From positions 55,216,117 through 55,280,116 of the forward strand of contig NC_083410.1 of the NCBI RefSeq assembly GCF_020745735.1: a stretch of DNA of 64,000 nt, in the 5' to 3' direction. This DNA is from Hemiscyllium ocellatum. Taxonomy: Eukaryota. Under the pieces are notes generated by a model that was given only the letters and a program-made list of their open reading frames with translations, was not told the DNA's origin and did not search any database. Both the position numbers and the translations under genes were made by a program. Shown one piece after another: positions 50,575 through 63,248 of the stretch; the stretch's first letter is position 1; each line of letters opens with the position of its first letter.

Positions 50575-50830
50575 AGATGCATGTGCTGCTGGCTAGGCCT
50601 GCATTTATTGCCTCTCCCTAATTGCCCAGAGGGTGGTTAAATGTGAACAATATTACTGTGGGTTTGAAGTCACAAGGAAGCCAAACAATGTGAGGACATT
50701 AGATTTCCTTCCCTAAAGGACCTTAGAGACACAGTTGGGTTTTTGCAACAACTGACAGTCACTAAATGGTCACCTTTAGCCTGCAGTTCTGGATTATTAG
50801 TTCAGTAACATTATTACTATCCACTACCAA
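50575..50830 (-). mobile_element. Ancient tRNA-derived SINE (Deu-domain-like)
   Basis: agatttccttccctaaagga...tgggtttttgcaacaa...ctggattattagttcag. Confidence 0.6.
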
Positions 50831-51612
50831 CTTTAATTAAACAAGATGGCATTCAGAAATCAAGAGCAAAACCTTGTGTGTAAATTGTCTTCTGGTCATG
50901 TCAACTAAGCAATTATAATCAGATAAATGCGCATGAAAGCAGAATCCAAAGTTTCCATTTCAGAAGAATATTCCACAGTTCACACTGGAAGGTAATGCAT
51001 CATAAAATACTGCCATACTCACATACTGACGTGTAAGCGTTTTTGGACAAATTCTGTGATGTGGAAGGGAGTCTATTTTTTGAGAGCACTATCATATTGA
51101 CTTACTAGCAGAATTCTACCCACTGGTGTAACATAGATATTCAAAATACATTTGGATGAAGTTGCCCACTTCAGAGCTCAATATAGAGACGTGACCTGGA
51201 GTACCTTGAGAGGCCTGCATGGTACATTGTGTGAGGAGTTTGTTATCTTACTAACATTCCCCACAGATTGTCTGCTCACTCATTTGACATGGAGATGGCC
51301 ATGGCTGGAGGCCTTATGGCCTTGATTTGATTCTGAAGACACCATGGAACAAAACAACAATTGCAATGTTGTCAATGATCCCTGCAAGAACAGCAATATT
51401 CAAATACTGCTGAACAGCTTTCAGGGGGAGAAGCAGCAGGAGAAGATTCACCAAAAGAAATGGAAGAGAATGATAAAGTATTGGGTCTACAGTCCTCACT
51501 GCCATTCTCTTCAACTGGCTGAGAAATAGTACAGGGGAATGAAAGATTTCTTGATCCATCAGCTCCGAACTGTGTCATCTACTACGGGATAAGTTGCACA
51601 AGATAAGAACTT

Positions 51613-51926
51613 GGGCAGCACGGTGGCACAGTGGTTAGCACTGCTGCCTCACAGCACCAGAGACCTGGGTTCAATTCCCGCCTCAGGCGACTGACTGTGT
51701 GGAGTTTGCACGTTGTCTGCGTGGGTTTCCTCCGGGTGCTCCGGTTTCCTCCCACAGTCCAAAGATGTACGGATCAGGTGAATTGGCCATGCTAAATTGC
51801 CCATAGTGTTAGGTAAGGGGTAAATATAGGGGTATTTATGGGTAAGGGGTAAATATATGGGTGGCGGGTCGGTGTGGACTTGTTGGGCCGAAGGGCCTGT
51901 TACCACACTGTAAGTAATCTAATCTA
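51613..51926 (+). mobile_element. HE1-type SINE, full length, with a short internal duplication
   Basis: A-box and B-box, core, and tail gtaagtaatctaatct. ggtaaggggtaaatata occurs twice (~51812-51857). Confidence 0.95.
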
Positions 51927-52975
51927 AACTAGATTGTAATCTCATGGAACTGGAAAGCTGTGTGGTATCTTTCAATCCTTGACCTAGCAATGGATTTGGG
52001 ATGTAACATTTTCTTCAGATCATTGTGCCATGCCAAAGACAGACAAGCGGTCTGGGCAGTGGTATTCTCCAACACCACTGGTGCCTCCAGGTGCAGGATG
52101 CTACTAACAAAATCCATTTTGCTTTAAGAGCATCTGCTATCAACAATGTTCATCAACAGCAGAGGTTTATTTCAATCAATGCTCACACTATATGTGACCA
52201 TACAATGCCATGTTTTGGGGGTCTTCAACAGATTTCTTGGGAGCTAGAGAGGTTGGAAGCGATCCTATCTTCAAACAAATGGCATCTGGTGAATGATAAG
52301 TGGAAAGCAATGATGAGTCTATCAGGATACAAACATGAAGATTTAAGAAGATCCTTCCCTAATCTGCCACATCAGCTTTTGGATATGCAAAGATAGAAAG
52401 TTGAGTTAGAAGTATTGCTACCTTTACCTGAGTGAAGTGAAAAGGTGACCTTGAACAATGATTCAGAAAAGGAAAGCCATTTAAGTATTGTGGCTAGTTT
52501 TGTTATTTTCTTTTAATTATCCCTTCACTATGTTTAAATGTCTATCTCTCTGTCTCTTTTGTGAATGTGAGTTGAAAGTAAATATTTGGGTTTTAAGATT
52601 AAACATTAATCAGTTTACCTTATTTTTGTACTCTCTGCTAAAGTTATAGTAAAGATTTTGTTTAAAAATACAAAACCAGTAGATGGAATTAGCTATTCAC
52701 AAAGTCTGGATTTGTTATTCAGAAGACTGGTTACAAACTGTTGTATAACAATTGCAGTCCTTGACAGTTTAATTTTATCATGTTGTGAATACAGAGGTAG
52801 GAAGACGTATTTGGTTTGGCTGTCTGTCTCCATGTCATAAGGACACCTTTCAAAACCTTCAGACTGATGTAGAATTAAATTGCAATGTTGCTCTTGCTTC
52901 CTCCTGAACCAGAGTAGAATGGATGATAAACCTCCTGAACATAAGGTTTTGATGCAAAGTTTGCTTCAGTGGAAT

Positions 52976-53245
52976 CCAGACCCGGGTTCATTTCCCGACT
53001 CAGGCGACTGACTGTGTGGAGTTTGCACGTTCTCCCCGTGTCTGCGTGGGTTTCCTCCGGGTGCTCCGGTTTCCTCCCACAGTCCAAAGATGTGCGGGTC
53101 AGGTGAATTGGCCATTCTAAATTGCCCATAGTGGTAAGGGGTAAGGGATAATGTAGGGGTAGGGGTATGGGTGGGTTGCGCTTCGGCGGGTCGGTGTGGA
53201 CTTGTTGGGCCGAAGGGCCTGTTTCCACACTGTAAGTAATCTAAT
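52976..53245 (+). mobile_element. HE1-type SINE, 5'-truncated
   Basis: Starts just before the B-box. Near identical to 32589-32894. Confidence 0.95.
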
Positions 53246-54329
53246 CAAAAAAAAAATAACCCATAAAGGAGAGCTGCATTATTATAACATGCAGGTCCTT
53301 TCACAACTGGTGCTGATAAAAGAAGGATGTCCTGGCTCCTGATAATATTAAGATGAACAGCAATATTCTGAGGTTGATGATGAGGATCAAGACAGTGACT
53401 AAAAGGGCCATCTGAAACAAAATGACAGAGCAATGCATCACTGAGGCCCAGATGCCAGCGAGAACTTAATTGAAAGTTGCGTTCAGGATGAACGAGCTGA
53501 GTTTGGACATCATTTAACCAGTTAACTCTCCACTGGCAAGAAGCCCTGCTTAGAGCAAAGGTCAAGTAGATCTTGTTACTTTTGCAATTTTGGAACATTT
53601 GTGTTGTTAAATGTTCTTTATCCATCTGATTGTACTCTTGATATCATCCCACTTTCAGTTATGTCCACCTTACCTCCAGACCAAGAGGGAAAAAGTAGTG
53701 TGCAATGAGATAATGCATTAAGATTGCATTGTGTTAAGTTTATTTGCTGTGAGGGTAAGTGGGTATATGAATGCCCATTGTGCTTCTCACAGCCTTGCAT
53801 AGCATGCTTCAAAAAAGCTGATCCATCGAATGAACATTTATCTTCATGAAAGTGTGCAATTTTCACTGATTCCATTGTCTCTCTCACATGGTGGATATAA
53901 GTGTCGAGTAAAGTGCACTTTCTCTTGTGCTGTATTTAGGTGGTGGTGGAACTGAAGGGCTCGGACTAGCTTCTTTGAGGTGCAGAATTGCTAGGTGTTG
54001 CTCGTGCCTGCATGTGGACAAGGATGGAATTAGTTGTCTAAGAGGAATAAAAGCTTATGAATCCATCTATACTGGTGGTGATTGATGAGCAGTGCAGCAC
54101 AATGAAACTTACTGGGCTCCCCTTCCCTAGAGAAGCAGTTGTGCTGTTTTCCAGGTTGGTAAAAAAAAATCTTCTCCTTGTACTGATTGAGGGGCCTGAT
54201 GTCCACCATCCCTCTCCATCCTACTTCCTGCCAAATTTGGCCAATCTGTGGGTTGTTTTTCTTTTCCTGCAGGAAGACAAAGGGAAGGATTTAGTATGTC
54301 AAAGAAGATGGGTGAAAAAGAATTTTCTT

Positions 54330-54430
54330 TAGAAGAAGAGGCTCCAGACTTGAAATGTTAACTCTGTTTTCTCTCCACAGATGCTGCCAGACCTGCTGAG
54401 TTTCTTCAGCAATTCCTGTTTTTGTTTGTT
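54330..54430 (+). mobile_element. Old Penelope-terminus fragment
   Basis: gaaatgttaactctgttttctctccacagatgctgccagacctgctgagtttc. Confidence 0.75.
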
Positions 54431-54719
54431 TCATTTACCTTATCCTTCAATAGGAGGAATTGATGTTCCAAACATCTTCATTTACTTAATTTGTGGAATA
54501 GTGGACAATACAATGACTGGCTCTCACAATGCCATTTATGAGTATCTGTAATGTTCATCAGACATAAAAGATTGAGGACTGATGCTGTGATGCACTTCAT
54601 TGATATTTAACTATATCCTTGTTAAATCTAACCCTCATTATGCACTGCAGCTAGGATGCTAAAACTATCCCTTACAATTTCCCCTGATATTACTGCTGAT
54701 GATAATTTCAAATCTTGTA

Positions 54720-54933
54720 CAGGTCATTCTGCAATGAACACGTATTTCATCAATGCAAACTCATTGTAATGCGATTGATGATTTGTTTCTAAAGCGCGAA
54801 CGTTTACATCATGTGTTTGCTGTAATGCAATTACATCATCAAAACTTTAAACGTTGTTTCTAAAGCGAGATTTTTCTATACCACGGGGTTGCACAAGACT
54901 ACATCCATCACGTTATAAAAGATCTGGCTACTG
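54720..54933. mobile_element. Tc1/mariner-pogo-type MITE (degenerate copy)
   Basis: TA|CAGGTCATTCTG...CTG|TA. Colinear with 57900-58097. Confidence 0.75.
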
Positions 54934-57599
54934 TATTTGTACAATTAACCTCAGTCCTAGATAAAAGTTAAGGATTTGCTTTTTGTTGACATGATCTGCT
55001 GTACAGCCGCTGAGTCCTTCTCAACCTCCTTTTTATAATATTTTCTTGTTAATTTATTTAGACTTACTTTAAATTATCAATTATATTCAGAGAAGTAGTA
55101 TGAATATGTGAAAACAGGCTAATGATAGTTTTAAAAATGTCTGGGAAAGTAAATCTAAGAATTCATCATTGGTTTTATCCAATTTATTACAGATGCACTC
55201 TTTTATTCATATTAGTGTCAGGGCAAAACTACATCTCCGAACACATGTTCAATATTTATTTATCTTTGACCAAATACTTGTCACAAACTGTATTAAGTAA
55301 TGACAATATTATGAAGTAATTTACGACCTTGCAATCCTACATTTGTTTCGTCAAATATCATGATGAATTCTGTAGGAAATGCAAATAATGCATGCAAATA
55401 CTGCGAACAAAATAGACTCTATATATTCAAAAGCAAATAGAGAAAATTCAGCAAACTATCGAGCACTTCCTTTCCTCAGTGTAGGATAAAATAGTAACTG
55501 CTTTATTCAATGATTCTTTTTTTTTAAATTCAGAATTAAAAGTATAATAATGCATGAATTTTAAAAGCGAAAGTCATGTTTGACCAAGATGCTGAATTCT
55601 TTGAAAAAAAATAGAAGGAGTAGACAAGGATAATACAGTTGTTGTAATATGTTTGGATATTTATTAAGCTTTGGATAAGATACCTCATTATATACGGAGG
55701 TGAAGTCGGGGGACAAATAACAAGGTGGGTACAAAACCAAAAACTGAGAGTTGGGATTGAGCATTGGAACTCGGGGAGAGAACTGATGAGAAGTGATCAG
55801 GAGTTTTTTATTTCCTCGCAGAAGCAGATTGATACTTGAAGAGGAGCAAATTTGGGTAACATCACAGCAGTATCATATCTGCACCCATTCAATTCCACCC
55901 CATTCAGTGGTATGTGTTTTGTTGTGGGAGAACCCTCAGTTACCTGCAAAGAGATGATCATATGAAGAGGGCTGAAGCTACTCAGGAGGTGACATGTTGT
56001 GGGGAGCTGTACTGACATCGCCCGCCCCCGTTTGCTTGTCCATATCCCTCCCACTTCCAACATTTCCAACCCCTTCTTCTAAGTTCCAGGAGAATTGAGC
56101 TCATTAGAATTTCATGTAAATTAAGATTAATGAAGTTGAAGATTTAGCATGACACTGATCTTTTGATGGGCCACCCTCAATGGTGTGACCAATTTATTGG
56201 CAGAAATATTGACTTAAATGTTGCAGCAATTTCTGGAAATGAAGTTCATTAAAAGTTGTAATGTTCAAATGAGCGATACAGTTTAATTGCATCGATATTA
56301 AAATTTGCCTGTGTTGTCGTTCAACTGAAGATATTTAAATAATTTTGAGAAACCTCAGATTCGATTTTAATTTCACTGTCGATGTCTATTGAATTGACTG
56401 GAATTTTCTTCACTTGACTGTGAACAGACTTCACTGCACTGAATCCTGTCAATTCAGCATATTTCAAGGACTATTGCCTTTCTGAAGTTGTTGCTGATAA
56501 TGCTATTTATATGACAGCCAGTCCAACCGGTCGTGGCCCACACTCTCTGCGTGGAGCTAATTTAGCTTACATGTCACTCACATTAGTGGCAAGAAGGAAC
56601 AAGGAAACAGCAGTTACCCAGCATCTATGAAGTGCTTTAATAGCCCTCGAAAATATGGTAAGAGTGAAAAGTGCTGAACCATGAATCATATCATTTTATC
56701 TGTGAAAATATTTTAGTTTTATTCGATGTTCCCTCCTAATTTATGTCAATAAAGTTAACATATTAAAACTGGCTTTGGCAATTAGTATAATGGGTATTAA
56801 TTCTTCCCTAAATCTTTAATTTTTGAATTTTCGTTTTAAATTTTTCATATTGCTATAATACCGTAGTATCATCTCAAACTGTCAATCATATTAGGTAGAG
56901 TGCTGATTTAATCATGCGCTTTGTACAATAAATTAGCAAATATAAAATGTGTTCAATAATTGAGTTTGTGAGAAAGTGCTGATTTGTCACCAATGTTCCG
57001 GTTAGCAGATTGCACAAAAACTAAAGCTCATCAACTGCGCATGGGAAGAGGTGAAATGAATCATAAGTGTCATGCTGGAAATTATAAGAAACATTAAGGA
57101 AATCCAAAAGTAACTTGATCATATCCAGAAAGTTACCAAGCTAGGTGATTATAATACTAACTGCATTATAAAACCTCTGTGCTGCACAACCCCTTATCTT
57201 TTGGCTATTAGTGTTCTCGAACACTAATAAAGCTAGGTGTTGTTAAAGCTAGGTGTGTCTGCAGCAAGGACTTACTGCATTGTCTTTTTCCCATCTGATA
57301 CTTCAGTGAGTATTTACTGGCTGACAGTGCAGAATTGTAAAATTGGTCCAATTATCCACACATTGTCAGACATGTATGACTGTTTTTGTGTGCTCAACTT
57401 GACCTGACGGACATGTCTGGAATGTCATTCAGGTCGAATACGGTTGCAAAGTTGTGAACAACCTTAGGCATTTATCAAGAAGTGTTTTTAAGTTGTTGCT
57501 TCCTAATATTGCTTCTGTATTGTTTCTCATTGTCTACTTGATGATGGCAACCTGCCATTGTTGAGACAGGGGTGGAACAGAGAAGGATAGGGGTAGGGT

Positions 57600-57675
57600 A
57601 GAGATAGCAAGTTTTGAGAAGATGTTTAGCTCAGGTTGAGGTTGTGGATGTAGGTTTGCTCACTGAGCTGGAATC
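57600..57675 (-). mobile_element. Penelope family 3 3'-end fragment
   Basis: tagctcaggttgaggtt...tttgctcactgagctg is the reverse complement of 46680-46725. Confidence 0.7.
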
Positions 57676-57899
57676 TTTCAATGGATATCCAGTAGGGTGG
57701 AGTTGTGTACAATCTTTATGTGCGCAGAATGTGCAGACAGTAATAATGCAAATTGCGTTGTATATTACTTTGTATATAGCAAATTCTGATCTAATAAATG
57801 GCAGTTTTCTATCTTGGCACTGGTGGAGAGTTTCACCATGAATATAGACAAAAGAAAACAAGTAGGCTTGAACTACTCATAAGGGATTAGATCAATATA

Positions 57900-58097
57900 C
57901 AGGTCGTTCTGGTATAATGTGCATTTCATCGATGCGAATTGGCTATAATGTGATTGACAAATTGATGCTGGTTGGGTAATACAAACTTTTTACTGAATGA
58001 ATATAGCGATTTTTTTTTATAGCGATCTTCGAAAGCGGTTTTCCATAGTGCGACATCACAGAAAAACATAGCCATCATGTTATAGCAGAACGACCTG
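57900..58097. mobile_element. Tc1/mariner-pogo-type MITE with intact TIRs and TA TSD
   Basis: TA|CAGGTCGTTCTGGTATAA...TTATAGCAGAACGACCTG|TA. 17 of 18 TIR positions match. Confidence 0.88.
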
Positions 58098-58516
58098 TAT
58101 TAGTAAGAAAGCAAGTTAGATTGAAGAATTAAGATGTAGATTGGTGTAGGTGGAGCTGTCAAACAGCAAGGGGGAGTAAACTTTGGTTGGAGTTATTTAT
58201 AGAATACCAATCTGTGGTACTAATATTGTGCACGCTATGAATCGGGAAATTCAAGATGCATGTAATGTGACCAATAGATAATAATTCAATTATTTCAATT
58301 TGCATTTACAGTGGATTAACCAAGTTAGCACCACAGATGTGAAGGATAAATTCTGGTATGTATATGAATTACATTTCTTTTACAGTATGTTGAGGAGCTA
58401 ACTAGGGATCAGACAATTTTGGAATTAATGTTGTGTGGTGAGAAATAGTTAATTAATAAGCTTGCTCTAAAGGAGGCTTTGGGAAATTGTGATCATAATA
58501 TGGTAGAATTCTTCAT

Positions 58517-58646
58517 GTAAAAAATGAGGTCTGCAGATGCTGGAGATCACAGCTGAAAATGTGTTGCTGGTCAAAGCACAGCAGGCCAGGCAGCATCTCA
58601 GGAATAGGGAATTCGACGTTTCGAGCATAAGCCCTTCATCAGGAAT
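58517..58646 (-). mobile_element. Penelope-terminus mini-insertion (hammerhead plus tail)
   Basis: Same subfamily as 37349-37521. Short duplication TCATGT at both ends. Confidence 0.92.
58611..58646 (-). ncRNA. Minimal hammerhead ribozyme motif (family 1), all core positions intact, GUC site
   Basis: Minus strand reads ATTC-CTGATGA-A-GGGC-TTAT-GCTC-GAAA-CG-TC-GAAT. Confidence 0.82.
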
Positions 58647-60079
58647 CATGTTTAAATGGGACAGTTCATTTTGAAACTAGAATCTTAAGATCTGAGCAAA
58701 GGAAACTATGAGGGTTTAAAAGGCATATGGAAATCATAGAATGGACAAATACACAAAAGGGTTTGACTATAGACCCACATTAGCTAACTTTTAAAGAAAT
58801 TTGACAAGGTTTGCAAACAGCTGTGCATTCCTTTAAGGCACAAACATCCATAGGGAAAGATGAATCAATAAATGGCTAATAAAAGAAATTAAATATCACA
58901 CTGGATCAAAGGAATTGTTTTACAAGAATGTTGGGTAGACTAAGCAAAAAAGCGGAACCAATGCACTGATCAGGAAAAGGAGGAGAAAATGAATACAAAC
59001 TATCGAGAAACATAGAACAGGATTATCCAGGCTTCTATCGATATGTGAAAGAAAAACATATTGCAAAAATAAATGTAGGCCTATCCCTTATAGTGCAAGA
59101 GAATTTAGGAGAACAGGGAAACTGTGAAGAAACTATAGTTTCTATGCATCTGCCTATACGGAAGAGGATACAGAAAATCTCCCAGAAATATTAAGTGTCA
59201 AAGGTTTTGTGTAACTCAAGAGCTCAAACAAATTAGTAAGGGATAGTACTTAAAAAGGGTTTATGGGTCAATATATCTCTTAGACAAGATGAACTTCATC
59301 CCAGAGTGTTGAAGAAAGATAGAGAATGTAGGTGCATTTGTGGTTATTTTTCCTAGTGCTATAGTTTTGGAAAGGCTCCTGCTGACTTTAAGTTGGAAAA
59401 TGCAACATCATTGTTCAAGAAGAGAGAAAGAGGAAGAGTGGAGAATTCTAGATCTGCTAGTTTGATATTAGTGTTATGGGAAATATTAGCATCCATTATA
59501 AAGGATGTGATAATGGCACATTTAGAAATGAATGGCAAAATGGGGCAGAGTCAACACGGATTTATGAAAGAAAAATCACACTTCCCAAATGTTTTGGAGT
59601 CTTTTGACAAGGTTCTTTATAGCATAGACAAAGAAGAACCCGTAGATATGACTAATATGGATTTTAAGATTGTTTTTCATAAGATACCTCACAGGAGGTT
59701 AGTAAATAAAATAACACAATAGCATAGATTGAAAATGGGTTAATACACAGAAAGCAGAGAATAGGAATTTTCTCAGGATGGCAGGCTGTTACTAGTGGGA
59801 TATCACAAGGGTCTGTGTTAGTTCTACACCTGTTCACAATCTGTATCAATGATTTTCATGTGGGGATTTACTGCAATATCTCCAAATATGTTGATAACAC
59901 CAAATTGATTAGGAACATAAGTAGTGTGGACTCTACAAGGACATTTCAAGAGGATTTTCACAAACTATGTGAGTTGCCTACAACATGGCAGATGGAATGT
60001 AATATGAATAAATGTAAAATTATTCACTCGGATAATAAAAATAGATAGATAGAATATATCTTAAATGGTGAGAGGTTGA

Positions 60080-60386
60080 GATTAGGTTAGATTAGATTAC
60101 TTACGATGTGGAAACAGGCTCTTCGACCCAACAAGTCCACACTGATCATCCAAAGAGCAACCCACCCAAACCCATTCCCCTACATTTGCCCCTTCACCTA
60201 ACACTATGGGCAACTTAGCATGGCCAATTCACCTAACCTGCACAGTTTTGGACTGTGGGAGGAACCGAAGGACCTGGAGGAAACCCACGCAGACATGGAG
60301 AGAACGTGCAAACTCAACACAGACAGTTGCCTGATGCGGGAATTGAACCCAGATCTCTGGTGCTGTGAAGCAGCAGTGCCACCGTG
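60080..60386 (-). mobile_element. HE1-type SINE nested in CR1
   Basis: Full core and tail, interrupting CR1 just after the YILNGERL codons. Confidence 0.93.
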
Positions 60387-62429
60387 ATGTGACAAGAAAG
60401 CTGTGACAATTCAATTCAAGTGTACGTGTCAAAAGGGACCTGAATGTCCTTGTCCATGATTCACTCAAGACTGGCTTTCAGATACAGCAAGCAATTTGGA
60501 TGATAAATAGCATTCATTTAAAGAGGATTTGAATCCAGAAACAAAGATGTCTTGCGGCAGTTGTAATGAACCTTGGTGAGACCGCATTTGGTTCATTGCG
60601 TATAGTTTTGGTCTCCTTATCTAAGGACAAATGTATTTGCCATAGTATCATACAGAACCTTTGTTCACCTGATTAATCCCTGAGTTAATAGGATTATTAC
60701 ATGAACAGAGATTGAGGACCTGCATCAGTATTTCCTAAAGTTTTGAAGAATGATAGGTAATTTCATTGTAAGAATTGCTCCATAGTGTGAAAAGTTGGAT
60801 ATAGCTGGGATGTTTTCCAGGGCTAGTGAATCTAGCACACAGAGATTTAATCTGAGGATAAGGGCTAAAGATTGAGATGAGGAGAATTCCATTTAAGATT
60901 GAGATGAGGAGAAATTTATTCGCTCAGAGTGAGTGATCTTTGGAATTCTCTATCCTAGAGGGCTATGGAAGATCAATCATGAGCGGGTGTGAGACAGAAA
61001 TCAATAAATCTCTGTAAACTAGTGGTATCAAGAGGTAGTACAAGGAATTGGTATTGAGGAAATGATCAGCCACGATCTAGAATAGTGGGCAAGCTTGATG
61101 AGCTTACTAACCTACTACATTTTGAGGGTTTCTACAATGACTGAATGCTGGTCATCTCACGCATAGCAATGTAACGACACAGTGCAGATCATGTTCTCCT
61201 GACAGAATTTAATCTGGGTAATGGGGTTTTCACCCCCATGCAAAAACCATGTCTTCTGGGAAAGGATTAAGAGAAGAGTTACTTACCTACAGCTAGTCAC
61301 TGAATTGGCCAGTGGCAGGCCTTCCCCAGAAAAGTGGGCAGACATCGAAATGCATCTGTCTAATATCTGCCCATTCTGCAACCTATAAATGTCCTCCTGC
61401 AGTCTTTTAATATTTGTCACAGTTTCTATTCTTTCATTTAATGGATGAAAAGTCACGCAAAGCAAATCCACTGTTATAATATGAATCCTGGTAAGTACTG
61501 ATTACCATCAGTTGGATTAATAAACAAAATCACCCTTTGTATTCAGGTAGGCATCTGAGGTTAATGTCTTTGTATTAAAAGAGGTTAAATTAGTTTTTTT
61601 TAGGGCTGACACGCATGTCTCAGTCTGACTAATACTAACAACAGATTTAATTATGTTTTAGGATAATGAAATATAATAAATTCCTTTAAATATGAAGACT
61701 ATTACTCTCATTCAGTTTCACATGTTACCTTAAAATATTGTCAACATTACGGCAGTAATATGTAACCACAATATTGAGTCCAGACCAAGGAACTGTGTCA
61801 CTTTTATAATCAGAATGTTTGTTATTTCTTTAAGCATTTTGTATTTGCATTACCTTACTGATATGTGACACCAAAATTTAATTTAAAAACAATGAACAAA
61901 ACACTTGTGAAGATATATTTGAATTCTGTGGAAGCAAATGCTTTGGGTATTTTTAAAAAAATTGCTAAATTTTAATTCATAATGAAGAAAATATGGAACA
62001 TTGTGCTGGGTAGCCGATTATAGTGAAGCCATTGATTTGCAAACTTTATGTTTCAACATTTGCAAATGTTTACTTTGAATGTGTTTTATTATAGAAAATT
62101 TGCGTGATTTTATGTGATGGTGAGTATTATATGAGAGAAGTAGAAAAGAAATGTCAGCTGCCAGTCATCTTTCATGAGCTTCAGCGCAACGACAAGATTA
62201 CATATCGCTTTTACTAATAAAATTTATTTTTCAGAAACTTTTCTCTTGCTGAATACTTACCAGGCAGTTTAGAAACTGACATCATAATTCTAACATGAAC
62301 ATTTGCTGGGTAAATATGAACCATTTTCAGAAAGCAGAAAAATGTCAGATATATGTAAGGTTAGGAGGAGGAGAAATTGTTATATTTCAAAATCAACTTT
62401 GAGAGAGCATAACACAACATCCCCAAGTG

Positions 62430-62525
62430 CACGATTTGGAGACGCCAGTGTGGGATTGGGGTGTACAAAGTTAAAAATCACCTGATGAAGGAGCAGCGCT
62501 CAGAAAGCTAGTGCTTTCCCCAAAT
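62430..62525. mobile_element. Penelope family 2 terminus: antisense tail joined to a sense hammerhead
   Basis: 62430-62480 is similar to the reverse complement of 30848-30895. 62479-62520 is similar to 30774-30815. Confidence 0.8.
62479..62513 (+). ncRNA. Minimal hammerhead ribozyme motif (family 2, CUA site)
   Basis: CAC-CTGATGA-A-GGAGC-AGC-GCTCA-GAAA-GC-TA-GTG. One mismatch at the base of stem II. Confidence 0.7.
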
Positions 62526-63248
62526 GCAAGCTTTCATTGGATTGATTGGACTGGTCCTTGATATGATTGTTTCCGAAAAAGCTGGCTTAAAAGTTATATT
62601 TATTTTTTAAAAATTCACATCAACTTGAACTTTTGTGTCAAACATAAAATTTTCATTCCATTTTAAAGCCACTTGCAAACAAGTAGAATTAAAATTATCA
62701 TGGGCAATGTTTCCTGTGTCTCAGGAGTTTTGTCAGACTGTAAATATAAAAGGCGTCATTCCCTAGTGTCAAAAATGAATGCATTTTGTTGCAAACAGGT
62801 GAGGACACGTTAGAATGTTTCCCTCTTTCCCACTCCTTGTTTGCCTGCCACAGTTATTTTGTTTCAAGAAAGAGGATATTCTGGCCAATTTTGCAGGTGC
62901 CGAAATGTTTATATGCTCACTGAAAGCTTAACAATTAGGTAGGTTCTTTTGAGCTTTTCAAAAAGAAAAATGTTGTTTTTATTGTACTTTACCAGGTGTC
63001 AGAAAAATAATAAAATGCTCAAATGCTCATACACATACACATATTCAGGTTCCAAAGTACAGAGATGGAAGTCAAAGGGGTGGATAAGTTAATCTTAAAG
63101 CCCAATAAAGATTCAGGTTTGACAATTCTCAAAGGTTGATATGATCCAGCTGGGCTTGGTCATCCTCTGGCTTTTACTTTATATTAGTTAAACTGTTAAT
63201 GGACAATGTATCTGTGTTTTTGGAGCTAGCAGCTGCTGAGGTACTTAC

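Larger units (their letters stand above)
58100..61130 (+). mobile_element. Long decayed CR1 LINE ORF2 (endonuclease, RT, 3'UTR) with nested PLE and SINE insertions
   Basis: EN remnants (VEL.N.KG, TLVGVIYR, CDH), RT ENATSLFKK...SQHGFMK...VDMTNMDF, SGISQGSVL, YVDNTKL, and the CR1 3' end. Probably extends left to ~57700 beyond the MITE. Confidence 0.88.

Noticed and set aside
51314-53890. ORFs around the two SINEs, including a DGSA word suggesting RNase H
   Set aside because: A single short motif is insufficient and I could not assign a family.
60869-60912. Direct repeat aagattgagatgaggaga, and (ggaaattgaac)x2-3 at ~36284-36314
   Set aside because: Ordinary local slippage duplications.
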